Positions 1-12,430 of a stretch of DNA of 64,000 nucleotides are shown in pieces. A model generated the notes under the pieces. It saw nothing but the letters and a program-made list of their open reading frames with translations, did not search any database and was not told where the DNA came from. The stretch covers positions 12,462,001-12,526,000 of the forward strand of contig NC_086097.1 of NCBI RefSeq assembly GCF_963921235.1, in the 5' to 3' direction. The DNA is from Mobula hypostoma (Eukaryota). Numbering within the stretch: the first letter of the stretch is position 1; every line of letters begins with the position of its first letter. A program made the position numbers and the translations under genes.

Positions 1-582
1 GTATACATGTAAGACATTGGTCAGTCTGCATCTGCAGTATTTTGAGCAGTTTTGGGCCCTTTATCTAAGAAAAGATATGCTGGCATTGGAGAGGATCTGG
101 AAGTAGCCCGTGCAAATGATTCCAAGAATGAAAGAGTTAATGTATGAGAAGTATTTGATAGCTTTGAGCCTGTACTCACTGAGGCTTAGAAGAATGAGGG
201 AAAATCTCATTGAAACCTTTTGAATATTGAAAGGCCTAGATAGAGCGGATGTAGGGAGGATGTTTCCTGTAGTGGGAGATCCCAGGACCGGAAGGCACAG
301 CCTCAGAATGGAACAACACCCATTTAGAACAGAGATGAGGAGGAATTTTTTTAGCCAGGGCATAGTGATTCTGTGGAATTCATTGCCACAGACAGCTGTG
401 GAGCCCAACTCATTAAGGTATATTTAAAGCCAAGGTTGAGACGTACTTGAGAAAGTGAAAGGTTATGGGAAGAAGGCAGGAGAATGGAGTTGAGAGGAAT
501 AGCAAATCAACCATGATAGAATGGTGGAGCAGACTTGATGGACCGAATGGCTTAATTCTGCTCCGATGTCTTATGGACTTAG
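1..582 (+). mobile_element. CR1 LINE 3' fragment (end of ORF2 + 3' UTR), decayed
   Basis: ORF 227-427 has the CR1 C-terminal motif (GHSLR...FRTEMRRNFFSQ...WNSLP); ends in the CR1-type tail aattctgctccgatgtcttatgg. Confidence 0.9.
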
Positions 583-771
583 AGTCGTCGTGTAAAATAA
601 CTGTAGAGGTTTCAATGATAACGTGGTGTCAAAGGTTAGAATATGAAGCTCATAGTCTCACATAAGTGCCATGTAAGGTGATACCACAGACCCTGTTCTT
701 CGTGGAGTGTAAGAATTTATGCTCAAAAAGCTGGTTCAGTGATCACAAGTTTAACACTGCCCATGCAGTTA

Positions 772-1060
772 AATCGGAATCAGAATCAGGTTTAATATCA
801 CTGGCATACCGTATGTCATAAAATGTGTTGTTTTGTGACACCAATACAGTGCAATACATAATATTAAAAATAAATTACAATAAGAAATATATATGCAATA
901 TGAAATTAAATTAAATCAGAAGTGCAAAAAGAGAGCAAAAAATATAATGAGGTAGTGTGCATGTGTTCATTGTCCATTCAGAAATCTGATGGTGGAGGGG
1001 AAGAAGCTGTTCCTGAAACATTAAGTGTGTGCCTTCAAGCTCCTGTATCTCCTCCTTGAT
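772..1060 (-). mobile_element. Rex1/Babar-type LINE 3' end
   Basis: Reverse strand ends gtgatattaaacctgattctgattc, the same tail as the RT-bearing Rex1 copies in this window. Confidence 0.75.
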
Positions 1061-1769
1061 GCTGTTAAATGGCTGGTAGCAAAAAAATTAATCTTAAAGG
1101 GTCAGTATTTTCTGTTCTCTGTTAGAGGTTATGAGTGTATTATCTATAGTCTTTAACACTAATAATTGTTCACGGTCCTTTCAGCAAACAGAAGCAACAT
1201 TTGTGCAATCTGAAGCTCAGTTGTCCCTGCTTTATAAATTAAACATACTTCAGCTACCTGCAGAAATGAATGCATCAGTATCTTTAGAGACACTGTGACA
1301 TGATATCAATATTTAAAACCATCTTCTGCTTGTATTCTGGGTTGTCTGACTTCATTAACAACATTCATCATCAAACAAGAGGGAAGTATATTGTTTTCCC
1401 CTCACTGACTTAATAGCAGCACTCATTTAGACTGCGCAGTTCCAGACAACTTGTCTGGAATTTGACATTTCGGGAAGACAGGGCAGAAAGAGAAAAAGGA
1501 GGTGTGGTAGATTTGTTGATAAAGGGCAAGATCACTGAAGTTGTGAGGCACAAAAAACTGAGACGTTTCGATGGGGTAAGAAATAGTAAAGATGAGAAGT
1601 CCCTAGATAGCCCCAGAGACAGATGTATTGCAGGGCAGAGAAACGTCATAAAAAAAATAGAGGAAAAAAGAGAGAAAAAAAATTGTCTGGTACCTTCAAA
1701 CCTGATGGCATAAATATCAATTGTTTTCTTCCCGTAAACAAACATCCCCACCTTCCTTTTTTCTCCACT

Positions 1770-2078
1770 CTGACCTTCAACTCTTTCTCACCTGCTTTTT
1801 ACTTCCCCCTGGGTGCCCTCCCCTTTCCTTTTCTCCCATGGCCCTCTCTCCTTTCTTATTGCTTAGCCTTCTTCTCCAGCTCTTGACCTTTCCCGCCCAC
1901 CTGGCTTCACCTATCACCTTCCAGCTATCCTTCCCCCCCCCTTCCCCTATCATTTTATCCTGGCATCTCCCCCCCCCCCTTCCTTCTCAGCCCTGAAGAA
2001 GGCTCTCAGCCTGAAATGTCAGCGTTTTCATAGATGATGCCGGAATTACTGAATTCTTCCACATTTTGTGTGTGTAGC
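1770..2078 (+). mobile_element. Penelope-like pseudo-LTR with degenerate hammerhead motif
   Basis: Pyrimidine-rich body, then cctgaagaaggctctcagcctgaaatgtc (1992-2020), then the tagatgctgcc...ttttgtgtgt-type tail shared with GIY-YIG-bearing copies. Confidence 0.75.
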
Positions 2079-2155
2079 TATTAAAAAAAAGAGACCTCTG
2101 CCAAAGATACTAAAATAATCATAGGCAATTTAAAATCTCACATACACTGGACAAG

Positions 2156-2430
2156 TGTGGCACAGTAGTTTAGTGGTTAGCACAATGCTTTACAGTACTG
2201 GCAACCGAGATTCAATTCCTGCCGCTGTTTGTAAGGAGTTTGTACTTCCTCCCCATGACTGTGTAAGTTTCCTTTGGGTGCTCCAGTTTCTTCCAGAGCC
2301 ATACCAGTAAGTATGTTAGTTGATCATTGTAAATTCTCCCATGATTAGATTAGGGTTAAATCAGGGATTGCTGGACAGTGCAGCTTGAAGGGCCACAAGG
2401 GCCTCCTCTGTGCTGTATGTGGATAACGAT
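2156..2430 (+). mobile_element. tRNA-derived SINE (HE1/V-SINE-like)
   Basis: Pol III box-like head (tagtggttagcac...gattcaattcc) and central gggtgctccagtttc; relatives at ~9657-10100, 29810-30070, 33950-34875, 46345-46930 and 27500-27860(-). Confidence 0.75.
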
Positions 2431-3008
2431 AAAAATGTTTTAAAAATCACTTAAAATCATAGTGCTATAGTACAGAAAAGGGCTCTTTAACCAACTCATC
2501 CATGTTGATCGAGAAGTCTATTTGAACTAGCCCCATTGGCCCATTTTTGCCCCGTATCCCTCTAAACCTTTCCTATATATAGTACTTAACTGTTCAACTA
2601 TCTTGTAAGTGTTGTTTTTGTACCTATCAGCAACTTCCTGTGGCAACTTGTTCCCCTGACAAGTCTGACAAGGATAGCCTTGAGGACACATTCGCGCAGT
2701 ATTTTTGCGTGAGTTTTGTAGAGCAAAACAAAGAGGGAGCAACCAATTTTAGATCCGGTATTGTCGAAAGAGACAGGATTAATTAATGATCTTATAGAAA
2801 ACGATCCCCAAGGAAGGGATGGAAGTTCAAATTTAGTTTGAGATTGAGAAAACTGGATCTAAAACAAATGTCCTAAATTTCAGTAAAAGCAAACACAGTG
2901 CTCTGAGGACAAGAGTTGTGGGACCTCAGATGATAAAACAACAACAGTTAAAGTTTTTCAGTGTAAGCATCACTGGAAGGGGCTTCACAATAATGAATTT
3001 AAAAATGC

Positions 3009-3250
3009 AAACACGAGGAAATCTGCAGATGCTGGAATTTCAAGCAATACACACAAAAAATGCTGGTGAACGCAGCAGGCCAGGCAGTATTTATAGGAAG
3101 AGTTAGAGTCAATGTTACGGGCCGAAACCCTTTGTCAGGACTAACTGAAAGAAGAGATAGTAAGAGATTTGAAAGTGGGAGGGGGAGGGGGAGATCTGAA
3201 ATGATAGGAGAAGACAGGAGGGGGAGGGATGGAGCTAAGAGCTGGAAAGT
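3009..3250 (-). mobile_element. Penelope-like pseudo-LTR fragment
   Basis: Near-identical to the reverse complement of 4384-4590; degenerate hammerhead at ~3107-3143. Confidence 0.8.
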
Positions 3251-3890
3251 ATTTAGAGTGATAGTTTGTATATCTCAGCAAAGGTACATTCCAACGAGGA
3301 AGAAAGGTTCTACAAGAAAGAGTCACCACTCAATGCTAAGTACAAAAGTTAAAGATGGCAACATGAAGGAAAACAAAGATGTACAATTTGTGAAGATTAG
3401 TAATAAGCCAGTGGACTGGGAAATGTTAAAATCCAGAATGAACTTAGAAATAGAACATGAAGTATGGAGCATAGAATAGACGTCATCATCATCATTATGT
3501 ACCATGTGATATGGTGTAGGCGATCATGGTCTTTCCATGACCATGATTGTTCTTAGCAAATTTTTCCACCCAAGTTGTTTGCCATACTGCCATTCTCCTG
3601 CACATTACAGCACAAAATAGATGCTTTGCTCATAATATTGTGCTGAAATTTTAACCAATTCCAAGATCAGTCTAACCCCTCTTTCCCACATTGCCTTCCA
3701 TTTTTCTTTCACATGTGTGCCCATCTGTAAATTTTCCTCCAGGTGCTCCAGTTTCTTCTCAGTGTCCAAAGACGTATCAGACTTGGAGAAGACTTGATGG
3801 GCTGAATGGCCTAATTCTGCTGCTATGTCTTATGTCGTATGGTACCAGATCGTAGGTTAATTGGTCATTGAAAACAGTCCCATGATTAGG

Positions 3891-4591
3891 CAACATCTCT
3901 AGGAAGAGGTACAGTTGACATTTCAGGCCGAGACCCTTCGTCAGGACTAACTGAAGGAAGAGCTAGTAAGAGATTTGAAAGTGGGAGGGGGTGGGGGAGA
4001 TCCAAAATGATAGGAGAAGACAGGAGGGGGAGGGATGGAGCCAAGAGCTGGACAGGTGATTGGCAAAAGGGATATGAGAGGGTCATGGGACAGGAGGCCT
4101 AGGGAGAAGGAAAAGGGGGAGGGGGGGAAACCCAGAGGATGGGCAAGGGGTATAGTCAGAGGGACAGAAGGAGAAAAAGGAGAGAGAGACAAAGTATGTG
4201 TGTATATAAATAAATAACGGATGGGGTACAAGCGGGAGGTGGGGCATTAGCGCATGACACTCAGGTTGGAGGAACAACAACTTATATTCCATCTGGGTAG
4301 CCTCCAACCTGATGGCATGAACATTGACTTCTCTAACTTCCGCTAATGCCCCACCTTCCCCTCGTACCCCATCCATTATTTATCCTGTCTTCTCCTATCA
4401 TTTTTGATCTCCCCCTCGCCCTCCCACTTTCAAATCTCTTACTAGCTCTTCCTTCAGTTAGTCCTGACGAAGGGTCTCGGCCCGAAACGTCGACTGTACC
4501 TCTTCCTAGAGATGCTGCCTGGCCTGCTGCGTTCACCAGCAACTTTGATGTGCATTGCTTGAATTTCCAGCATCTGCAGAATTCCTCATGT
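3891..4591 (+). mobile_element. 5'-truncated Penelope-like element with inverted upstream pseudo-LTR, inserted in a SINE
   Basis: 3891-4252 is an inverted pLTR; 4253-4345 encodes the GIY-YIG C-terminus (LRLEEQQLIFHLGSLQPDGMNIDFSNF); 11-bp TSD ccatgattagg at 3880-3890 and 4592-4602. Confidence 0.88.
4460..4495 (+). ncRNA. Minimal type-I hammerhead ribozyme motif (Penelope-associated)
   Basis: agtc-CTGACGA-a-ggg(tctcgg)ccc-GAAA-cg-TC-gact: stem I agtc/gact, stem II ggg/ccc, palindromic ACGT in place of stem III. Confidence 0.8.
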
Positions 4592-5244
4592 CCATGATTA
4601 GGTTAGGGTTGCTGGGTGGTGCAGTTCAAAGGGCTGGAAGGGCCTATTCTGTTGTGTATCTTAAACTGATCAATCAATAAATCAAAAAATAAATAGACTG
4701 ATAGACAGATAGATAAGTAATACTGAGAACATGAGTTGTAGAGTCCTTGAAAGTGAATCCATAGTTTGTGGAATCAGTTCAGAGTTGAGATGAATGTAGT
4801 TAGCCACAATGGTTCAAGAGCCTGATGGTTGAAGGGTAATAACACTTGCTGAACCTGATGCTGTCGGACCTAAGGCTCCTGTACCTCCTTCCCAATGACA
4901 ACAGAGCGAAGGGAGCCTGGCCTGGATGGTAGATGTTTTTGATGATGGATGCTTCATTCTTTTTGCGGTCTCCCTGCCTTTTCATGTGTCTGTCTAAATG
5001 CCTCCTAAACTTTGCTACGGTATCTGCTTTTACTACCTCTCCTGGCAGCGTTTTCCAGCCCCAAGAAACTCTGTGTAAAAAAAACTTGGCTTGCACCATC
5101 TTCTCTAAACTTTCCCTTTTTCATCTTAAACCTGTGCCATCAGGTATTTGGCAAATGGAGAAAAGTATTTGATCTACTCTGTTTCTGCCTCTTAGCAGGT
5201 CAGGCAGCATCTGTGGAAGGTAAAACAGAGTTAATATTTGAGTA

Positions 5245-5780
5245 CACAGAGTCACAGAGTCATAGAAAAGTACAGCACATAAACAGGCCCTTCGGCCCAT
5301 CTAGTCAATACTGAAACCATTTAAACTGTCTGCTCCCATCGACCTGCACTGGGATCATAGTCCTCTATGTCCCTACTATCTACAAACTTCTTGTAACATT
5401 GAAATCGAGCTCACATGGACCGATAGTGCTGGCAACTCAGTCTACACTCTCATGGCTCTCTAAGTGAAGAAGCTTCTCCTCAAGTTTCCCTTCAACTTTT
5501 CACCTTTTGCACTCAGCTCATGACCTCTGGTTGTAGTCCCACCCATCCTCAGAGGAAAAAGCCTGCTTGCATTACCCCTCATAATTTTGCATACCTTTAT
5601 TAAATTTCCTCTGAATCTTTGACGTTCATCCTTGTAAATTTTCTCTGCACTCTTTCAAACTTGTTTACATCTTTCCTGTAGGTGGATGAACAAAACTGCA
5701 CATAATACTCCAGATTAGGCCCTACCAATGTCTTGTATATCTTCAACATAACATTCCATCTTATGTACTCAGTACTTTGT
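5245..5780 (-). mobile_element. CR1 3' fragment
   Basis: ORF 5600-5788 LKIYKTLVGPNLEYYVQF...ERVQRKFTRM; short-repeat tail at ~5245-5270. Confidence 0.85.
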
Positions 5781-5969
5781 TCTGACACTCTTCTATGGAA
5801 CTGGGAAGGAGAAAGTGGCTGCAGGATGTATGGTTTTCATGGATATATAGAAGGTAATTCAGCACTGATGGTTGTTATTACAGAAGTTGTGATGGATAAA
5901 AATGGGAAGTTTTGATGCACCCTTATAGAGCAGTGTGCTGGAGTACTACATAAGAGGCAAAGATTAAGT

Positions 5970-6600
5970 GGATAGCCAGAGCCTCTATCCCAGGGTGGAA
6001 ATGGCTAATACAAGGAGAGTATAGGAGGGGATATCAGAGGTAAGTTTTTTTGTTGCGATTGGTGGGTGCATTGAATACCCTGCCAGGGTTGGTGGTTGAG
6101 GCAGATACGTTAAGGACACTTAAGAGACTATTAGATAGGCGTTAAAGGCATCCATTAGTCTTGCGAGACGATGGATCTGTGCCTGGAAAGTCTTCACTCT
6201 CCAGGGCACAGGCCTGGGCAAGGTTGTATGGAAGACCAGCAGCTGCCCATGCAGCAAGTCTCCCCTCTCCACGACACCAATGTTGTCCAAGGGAAGGGCA
6301 TTAGGACCCATACAGCTTGGCACCAGTGTCGTCGCAGAGCAATGTGTGATTAAGTGCCTTGCTCAAGACACAACACGCTGCCTCAGCTGGGGCTCGAACT
6401 CACGACCTTCAGGTCGCTAGTCCAATGCCTTAACCACTTGGCCACGTGCTCATATGTAGGTAGGCATATGGATGATAGACAAATGGAGGGCTATGCAGGA
6501 TGGAAGGGTTACGTTGAACTTAGAGCAGGTTATAAGTTCAGCACTACATTGTGGGGTCAGTGCCTGTAGAATGTGGTGTTCTTTCTATATGTTCTATGTT
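5970..6600 (+). mobile_element. CR1 3' fragment interrupted by a SINE
   Basis: CR1 C-terminal coding remnants and tail ttctatatgttctatgttct; sequence resumes after 6457. Confidence 0.75.
6141..6452 (-). mobile_element. tRNA-derived SINE with CORE-like block and RTE-type 3' region
   Basis: Reverse strand: box A tggccaagtgg, box B gagttcgagcc, CORE-like gtgtcttgagcaaggcacttaa; imperfect TSD tagataggc/taggtaggc; second copy 46547-46850. Confidence 0.85.
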
Positions 6601-7687
6601 CTGTACAGTTTTGGTCTCCTTATTTAAAGGTTATGCTTGCAACTGAGGCCCTGCAGGTAAGCTTAACTCGGTTGATTTCTGGGTTGAAGGTGTTGACTTA
6701 TGAAGGAAGGTTGAACAGGTTGACTTGTATCCATTGGAGTACAGAAAAATGGGAGGTGATTTATTTAAACATATAAGATTCTGAAAGCACAGATGGTGAA
6801 AGGATGATTACCCTAATATAAATATCTAGAACTGAAAAAGCTGAATTTCAGTACAAAAAATTGTCCTTTATAAGGCGGAATTTCTTCTCTCAGATGGAAC
6901 GAACCTTCACAATTCTCTATTGCAGGGAGCTGTGGAGGTGAAGTCATTAACTATATCCAAGGAACAAAGTTCAAAGTAAATTTAAAACCGAAGTGCTGTA
7001 CAGATATGTCACCATGTGCAACCTGGGGTTTCATTTTCTTGCAGGCATTCACAATAAATACAAAGAAACAAAAACAAGTAAAATAATAATTAAGCAATTA
7101 ATATCAAGAAAATGTGATGAAGCATCCTTGAAAATGAGCCTACATCAGTGTTGGGTGGAGGCTGATAAAAAAGATTACTAGGCAGCCTTATATGGAGAGA
7201 AAATGTAGTTGAGGTCAAGAATAGACCAGCCTGGAAGAACCGATTTGAGAGAATGTCTGGTCTATTGGTCTGGCACTTAATATTCTTGTTTTCTTATGCA
7301 ATTAAAGTTAAACAGCCAAGATACTTTACTTCAGCATTCTATGGGGAATGATCTAAAAGTTCTGTTGAATTCCACATCATGGATGCACCAGGGACCATGT
7401 TCAATTCTAACTTGGGTGATGTTTGTGTGGAGTATATGCATCCTATGTCTGTTCCCCTCCTTTTGTCTTGTTTCTTCTCACATTCTAAAGATAAGCTGAG
7501 ATACCAAATGGCTACTGTAAGGTACCCCCTTCTTTTAATCACCTGGCAAAATGAACAAGGAAATGAGAATCATCCCCCATCATCTGCAGCTCACTATCCC
7601 CCACAACAAGGAGTTCAGCAACTTGTGTGGGACTACAACTAAGGGTCATGGGTTAAGGATGAAAGGTGAAAAGTTTAAGCAGCCTCT

Positions 7688-8471
7688 ATATTAGGTAGAC
7701 CTGTCACCTGCTTGTTAATCCAAATATCTAATCAAGCAATCAAGTTCAGCGTTCAAAGTTCAAAGTACAGTTATTATCGAAGTATGTATACTAAATACAA
7801 CCTTGAGATTCATCTCCTTACAGGTATCCACAAAACAAAGAAACACAATAGAACCCATTAAAAAAGAAGACTGTCAAACTTCTAATGTGCAGAGAGAGAA
7901 AAAGAACAAATCATGCAAACAATAAAAATAAGGAAATAGCATTCAGAAAAGAAAAGGGGGTCTACAGCCACTCAGCCGTGCAGCAACTCAATGCATAAAA
8001 GTATGCAGACGTGGTCAAGAGATTTAGTTGCCGTTCAAGCCAAACAACAGAATGGGGAAGAAATGTGATCTAAGTGACTTAGACCCTGGAATGATTGTTA
8101 GTGTCAGATGGGGTGGTTTGAGTATCTCAGTAACTATTGATCTCCTAGAGTTCTCACACACTAGGATTCTCTAGAGTTTACAACGAATTGTACAAGAAAC
8201 AGAAAAAAAAATCCAGTGAGGGGCAGCTCTGTGCATAAAATCTTTTGTTAATGAATGAGGTCAGAGGAGAATGGCCAGACTTCCTCAAGCTGACAGGAAA
8301 ACATTAACTCAAATAACCACGCATTACAACAATGGCGTGCAGAAGAGCATCTCTGAAACTCATTATGTTGAAGCTTGAAGTAGATGGGCTACAGCAGCAG
8401 AAGACCACAATCACACATTCAGTGGCCACTTTATTAGGTACAGGAGGTCTCTAATAAAGTGGCCACTGAGT
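7688..8471 (+). mobile_element. Tc1-family transposon derivative (transposase N-terminus remnant and terminal TIR hairpin)
   Basis: From ~8053, MGKKCDLSDLDPGMIVSVRWGGLSIS... resembles the Tc1 paired-like HTH; TIR pair tcagtggccactttattag/ctaataaagtggccactga at 8419-8470; Rex1-type tail inserted ~7755-7965. Confidence 0.8.
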
Positions 8472-10319
8472 ATAATTTCTGACCAGCTGACTTTCTCCCC
8501 TTTCCTTTTCTTACCCTTTTAACTTGGGCTTACTTAAAATAATTTCTTTCCTTTAAAATAACTGACTGAGCTGTTGAGAAAGGATGGAATTAATATCTTT
8601 ATTCTAATTTGTTTTATTTCTCTCTCGCACAGATTAAAGCTCTGAACCACATGTTTATTCATTTTGTCCTTTGTCGATGCTTTTCCAGCCACTGGTTCCT
8701 ATTTTGCCCTCATTCACCACTTTGTCCTTCCCCCAAGCCATGCCTTCCACACTTGTCTGTGAAGCAGCCTTAGCCTCCCGTACACTTGCTCTCCTCCTCG
8801 CACCTCAGGGTGTAATTTGCTGCGTCGAAGACGCCAAGAGGCTAAAAGACTAGTTCCTATATCTGGGCAGCACTGATTGGCTGCAGTAGGTGCGGGTTCC
8901 ACTCTTCATTCCTACTCTGGCTAAACTCTTCATTTCCAATCGCACCTCACATGAAGCTGTGTCGCCGTGTCAGTCTGGGTGATAATTGAGGTGAGATCTG
9001 TGCACTGCATGCCGTTTATAAGCGAGAGAGGAGAAATGCCATATATGGTCACTGTTGGAAGGAACCCAGCAGGGGTCAGTTTGCTTTCATCAGTCTGACA
9101 CTGACAGTAATGTGTAAAATTATTACAAAACTGCAGCTGTACAGATCATAGAAAGATCTCCAGTAACCCTCTGTTGCAAAATTGTTCTTAGGCCATGTGG
9201 GGAAGATAGAACATAATTAGGTTAGAATATTAAAATAACCAAGCTCCATTCTTTTTGGGTGGAATTGATGGAACCCTGTTTTAATATTAATTTTAGTAAT
9301 ACGATCTGAAGGAGAAAAGTCACACAGTTTTTAATTCACTAATTTCATTTCATCCAGAATTCAAATGCCTACTGGTCTTGTCTCCTCTGAACGTGTGCGT
9401 TTCTTTCTCCTTCCACTGTTTTATATGGAAACATTTCAGTGCTAGAGGCCAATCCAGCCCTTGTCAGACCCCAGAACGGGATCCAGTCATCCAAGGATCG
9501 ACAGGAAATGGAGACACACGATTCTGCAGATGGAGGGTCCAAGAGCAATAAAAAGAGAGCTGCATGAGAAACTCAACTGGGCAAACCTTTGAGGGTGAAC
9601 ATAGATATCTTTTTAAGTTCAATGGCAGTTCCATATTGTGACAAGCCAACGTCTGTGGGATGACATGGTAGCACAGTGGTTAGCTCAATGCTTCGGGTTT
9701 ACTTTAGCAAGGTGCCCGTATCATGTGATAACGTGTTGGCGTATGCAATGAATGTATTTTACATATAACTCATTATTAATTATTTAAATGAACAAGAATG
9801 CGCAAGCAACTTATATATACACACACACAAGATTACACAAATATTTTTGAAATATTAAATACACAAGTACCAGTGACCCAGGTTTAATTCCCGCTGCTGT
9901 CTGTAAGGAGCTTGACCGTTCTCCCTGTGACCCTGGGTTTTCTCCAGGTGCTCCAGTTTCTTCCCACAGTCAAAAGACATTCCCGGTATGTAGGTTAATT
10001 TGTCACTGTAAGTTGTCCCGTGATTAGGCTATGGTCAAAACGGGGGTTATTGGGCAGTGTGGCTCAAAGGGCTGGAAATGCTCTATCCAATAAATAAATA
10101 ATAATCTAATTTTCTTAAACACAAGAGATTCTGCAGAATCCGAAAATTCAAAGTAGCAGGTCAAGCAGCATCATGGAAATTAATAAACAATCTATTATGG
10201 GTTGAGACTCTTCACTCGAATGATGCCCGACCTGACGAGTTCCTCCAGCGTTTTGCATGTGCTCATCGAATTATCTTAAATGATTGAATAGGTGATAGAA
10301 ACATTTTTGGCATATTGTT

Positions 10320-11668
10320 ACGAACTCACATCGACAGGGATGAATTGTTTTGAGAGGTTGGTCATGACTAGGCTGAACTCTTGCCTCAGCAAGGACCTGG
10401 TCCCACTGCAATTTGCCTATCGCCACAGTAAGTCAATGGCAGATGCAATCTCAATGGCTCTTCACATGGCCTTAGACCATCTGGACAATGCAAACACCTA
10501 TCAGGATGCTGTTCATCGACTATAGCTCAGCATTTAACACCATCATTCCCACAATCCTGACTAAGAAGTTACAGAACCTGGGCCTCTGTACATCCCTCTG
10601 CAATTAGATCCTCGACTTCCTAACTGGAAGGTCACAATCTGTGCGGATTGGTAATAACATATCCTTCTCGCTGACAAACAACCCAGGTGCCCCTTAGGGG
10701 TGTGTGCTTAGCCCACTGCTCTATTCTCTCTATATCCATGACTGTGTGGCTAGGCATAGCTCAAATACCATCCATAAATTTGCTGACGATACAACCATTG
10801 TTGGTAGAATCTCAGGTGGTGACAAGAGGGCGTACAGGAGTGAGATATGCCAACCAGTGGAGTTGTGTCGCAGCAACAACCTGGCACTCAGCATCAGTAA
10901 GACGAAAGAGCTGATTGTGGACTTCAGGAAGGGTAAGACGAAGGAACACATACCAATCCTCATTGGGGGATCAGAAGTGGAGAGAGTGAGCAGTTTCAAG
11001 TCCCTGTGTGTCAAGATCTCTGAGGATCTAGCCTGGTCCAAACATATCAATGTAGTTATAATGAAGGCAAGGCAGTGTCTATAATTCATTAGGAGTTTGA
11101 AGAGATTTGGTATGTCAATACACTCTAAAACTTCTATAGATGTACCTTGGCGAGCATTCTGATAGGCTGCATGACTGTCTGGTATGGGGGGTAGGGGCTA
11201 CTGCGCAGGACTGAAAGAAGCTGCAGAGGGCTGTAAATCTAGTCAGCTCCATCTTGGATACTAGGCTACAAAGTACCCAGGACATCTTCGGGAGTGGTGT
11301 CTCAGAAAGGTAGTGTCCATTACTAAGGACCTCCAGCACCCAGGGCATGCCCTTTTCTCACTGTTACCATCAGGATGGAGGTACAGAAGCCTGAAGGCAC
11401 ACACTCAGCAATTCAGGGTCAGCTTCTTCCCCTCTGCCATCCGATTCCTAAATGGACATTGAACCCATGAACACTACTTCAATTTTTTAATATATATTAT
11501 TTCTGCTTTTTGCTTGATTTTTAATCTATTCAATATATGTATACTGTAATTGATTAACTTATTTATGATTATTTTTTCTTCTTCTATGTTATGTATTGCA
11601 CTGAACTGCTGCTGCTAAGTTAACAAATTTCATGACAGATGCCAGTGATAATAAAACTGATTCTGACA
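10320..11668 (+). mobile_element. Rex1/Babar LINE, 5'-truncated, frameshifted RT
   Basis: CFERLVM...PLQFAYR, LSPLLYSLYIHDC...KFADDTTIVG, KTKELIVDFRK; tail gataataaaactgattctga. Confidence 0.92.
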
Positions 11669-12029
11669 TCTACAGATACAGTATTATTTGAATTTATGAC
11701 TCAGAAAATGACTACCCAGTGTAATCTTATAGGTGCCAAGGAAGAGTCACATTAGAAACATACCAGAATAGTGCTGCAGTTACTGAGAAAGTGCAGTGCA
11801 GTAGGTAAATAATGTGTGAGGGACACGACAAAGTTGAGTGGGAGATCAAAAGCTGAAGAGTCCACCTTTTAGTGTATGAGGAATCCATTCAATAATCCGA
11901 CAGGAGCGGGTTAGAAGCTGTCTTTGAATCTTGTGGTATGTTCTCCTAAGATTTACTATCTTATACCCATCAGAAGAGGGGAGAAATAAGAATGACTGTG
12001 GTGGAAGTTGTTTTCCCATGGAAATTCGT

Positions 12030-12430
12030 ATGTTCATAATGTGCCATGCTGTATGACGTGGGCGATCATGGTCTTGACCATGATTGTTCTTGGAAAATTT
12101 TTCAACAGAAAGGGTTTGCCATTGTCTTCTTCTGGGCAGTGCCTTTACAAGGCTTGTGATCCAAACCATTATCAATACTCGTCGGAGATTGTCTGCCTGG
12201 CGTCAGTGGTCGCATAACCAGGATTTGTGATACTCACCAGCTGCTCATATGACCATACACCACCTGCTCCCATGAGACTGGGACCCTGTGGCCCTGATGT
12301 GTGTGTGTGTGTGTAGGGGCAGGGCCACACAGTTTCTACAGCTTGCTTAATGGTGACCTGCAGGCCAGCGGAGTGAAGGAACACCTTACACTTCCTTTGG
12401 TAGAGACGTATCTCCTCTCTGCCACTCAAG
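12030..12430 (-). mobile_element. Non-autonomous RTE derivative (family B)
   Basis: Reverse strand has the RTE/BovB-like motif gaagaagacaatggcaaacc and a 3' tail encoding ..TMIAHVIQHGT; other copies 3483-3600(-), 17622-17960(-), 25136-26175(+, split by CR1), 34950-35320(-), 40626-41000(+), 61717-62085(+). Confidence 0.75.

Larger units (their letters stand above)
1463..3450 (+). pseudogene. Heavily decayed CR1 ORF2 endonuclease-region remnants, split by younger insertions
   Basis: FREDRAEREKGGVVDLLIK (1462-1540) resembles CR1 APE; an IIIGxFxxHxxW-like remnant lies at ~2115-2150; further pieces at 2690-2950 and 3250-3440. Confidence 0.55.

Noticed and set aside
6375..6450. tRNA gene (also 24025-24097)
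   Set aside because: tRNA-like heads run directly into SINE bodies with TSDs; no proper acceptor stem followed by an oligo-T terminator.
9692..9866. AT-rich insert in a SINE, possibly an LTR fragment
   Set aside because: No TSD or complete termini visible; too weak to call.
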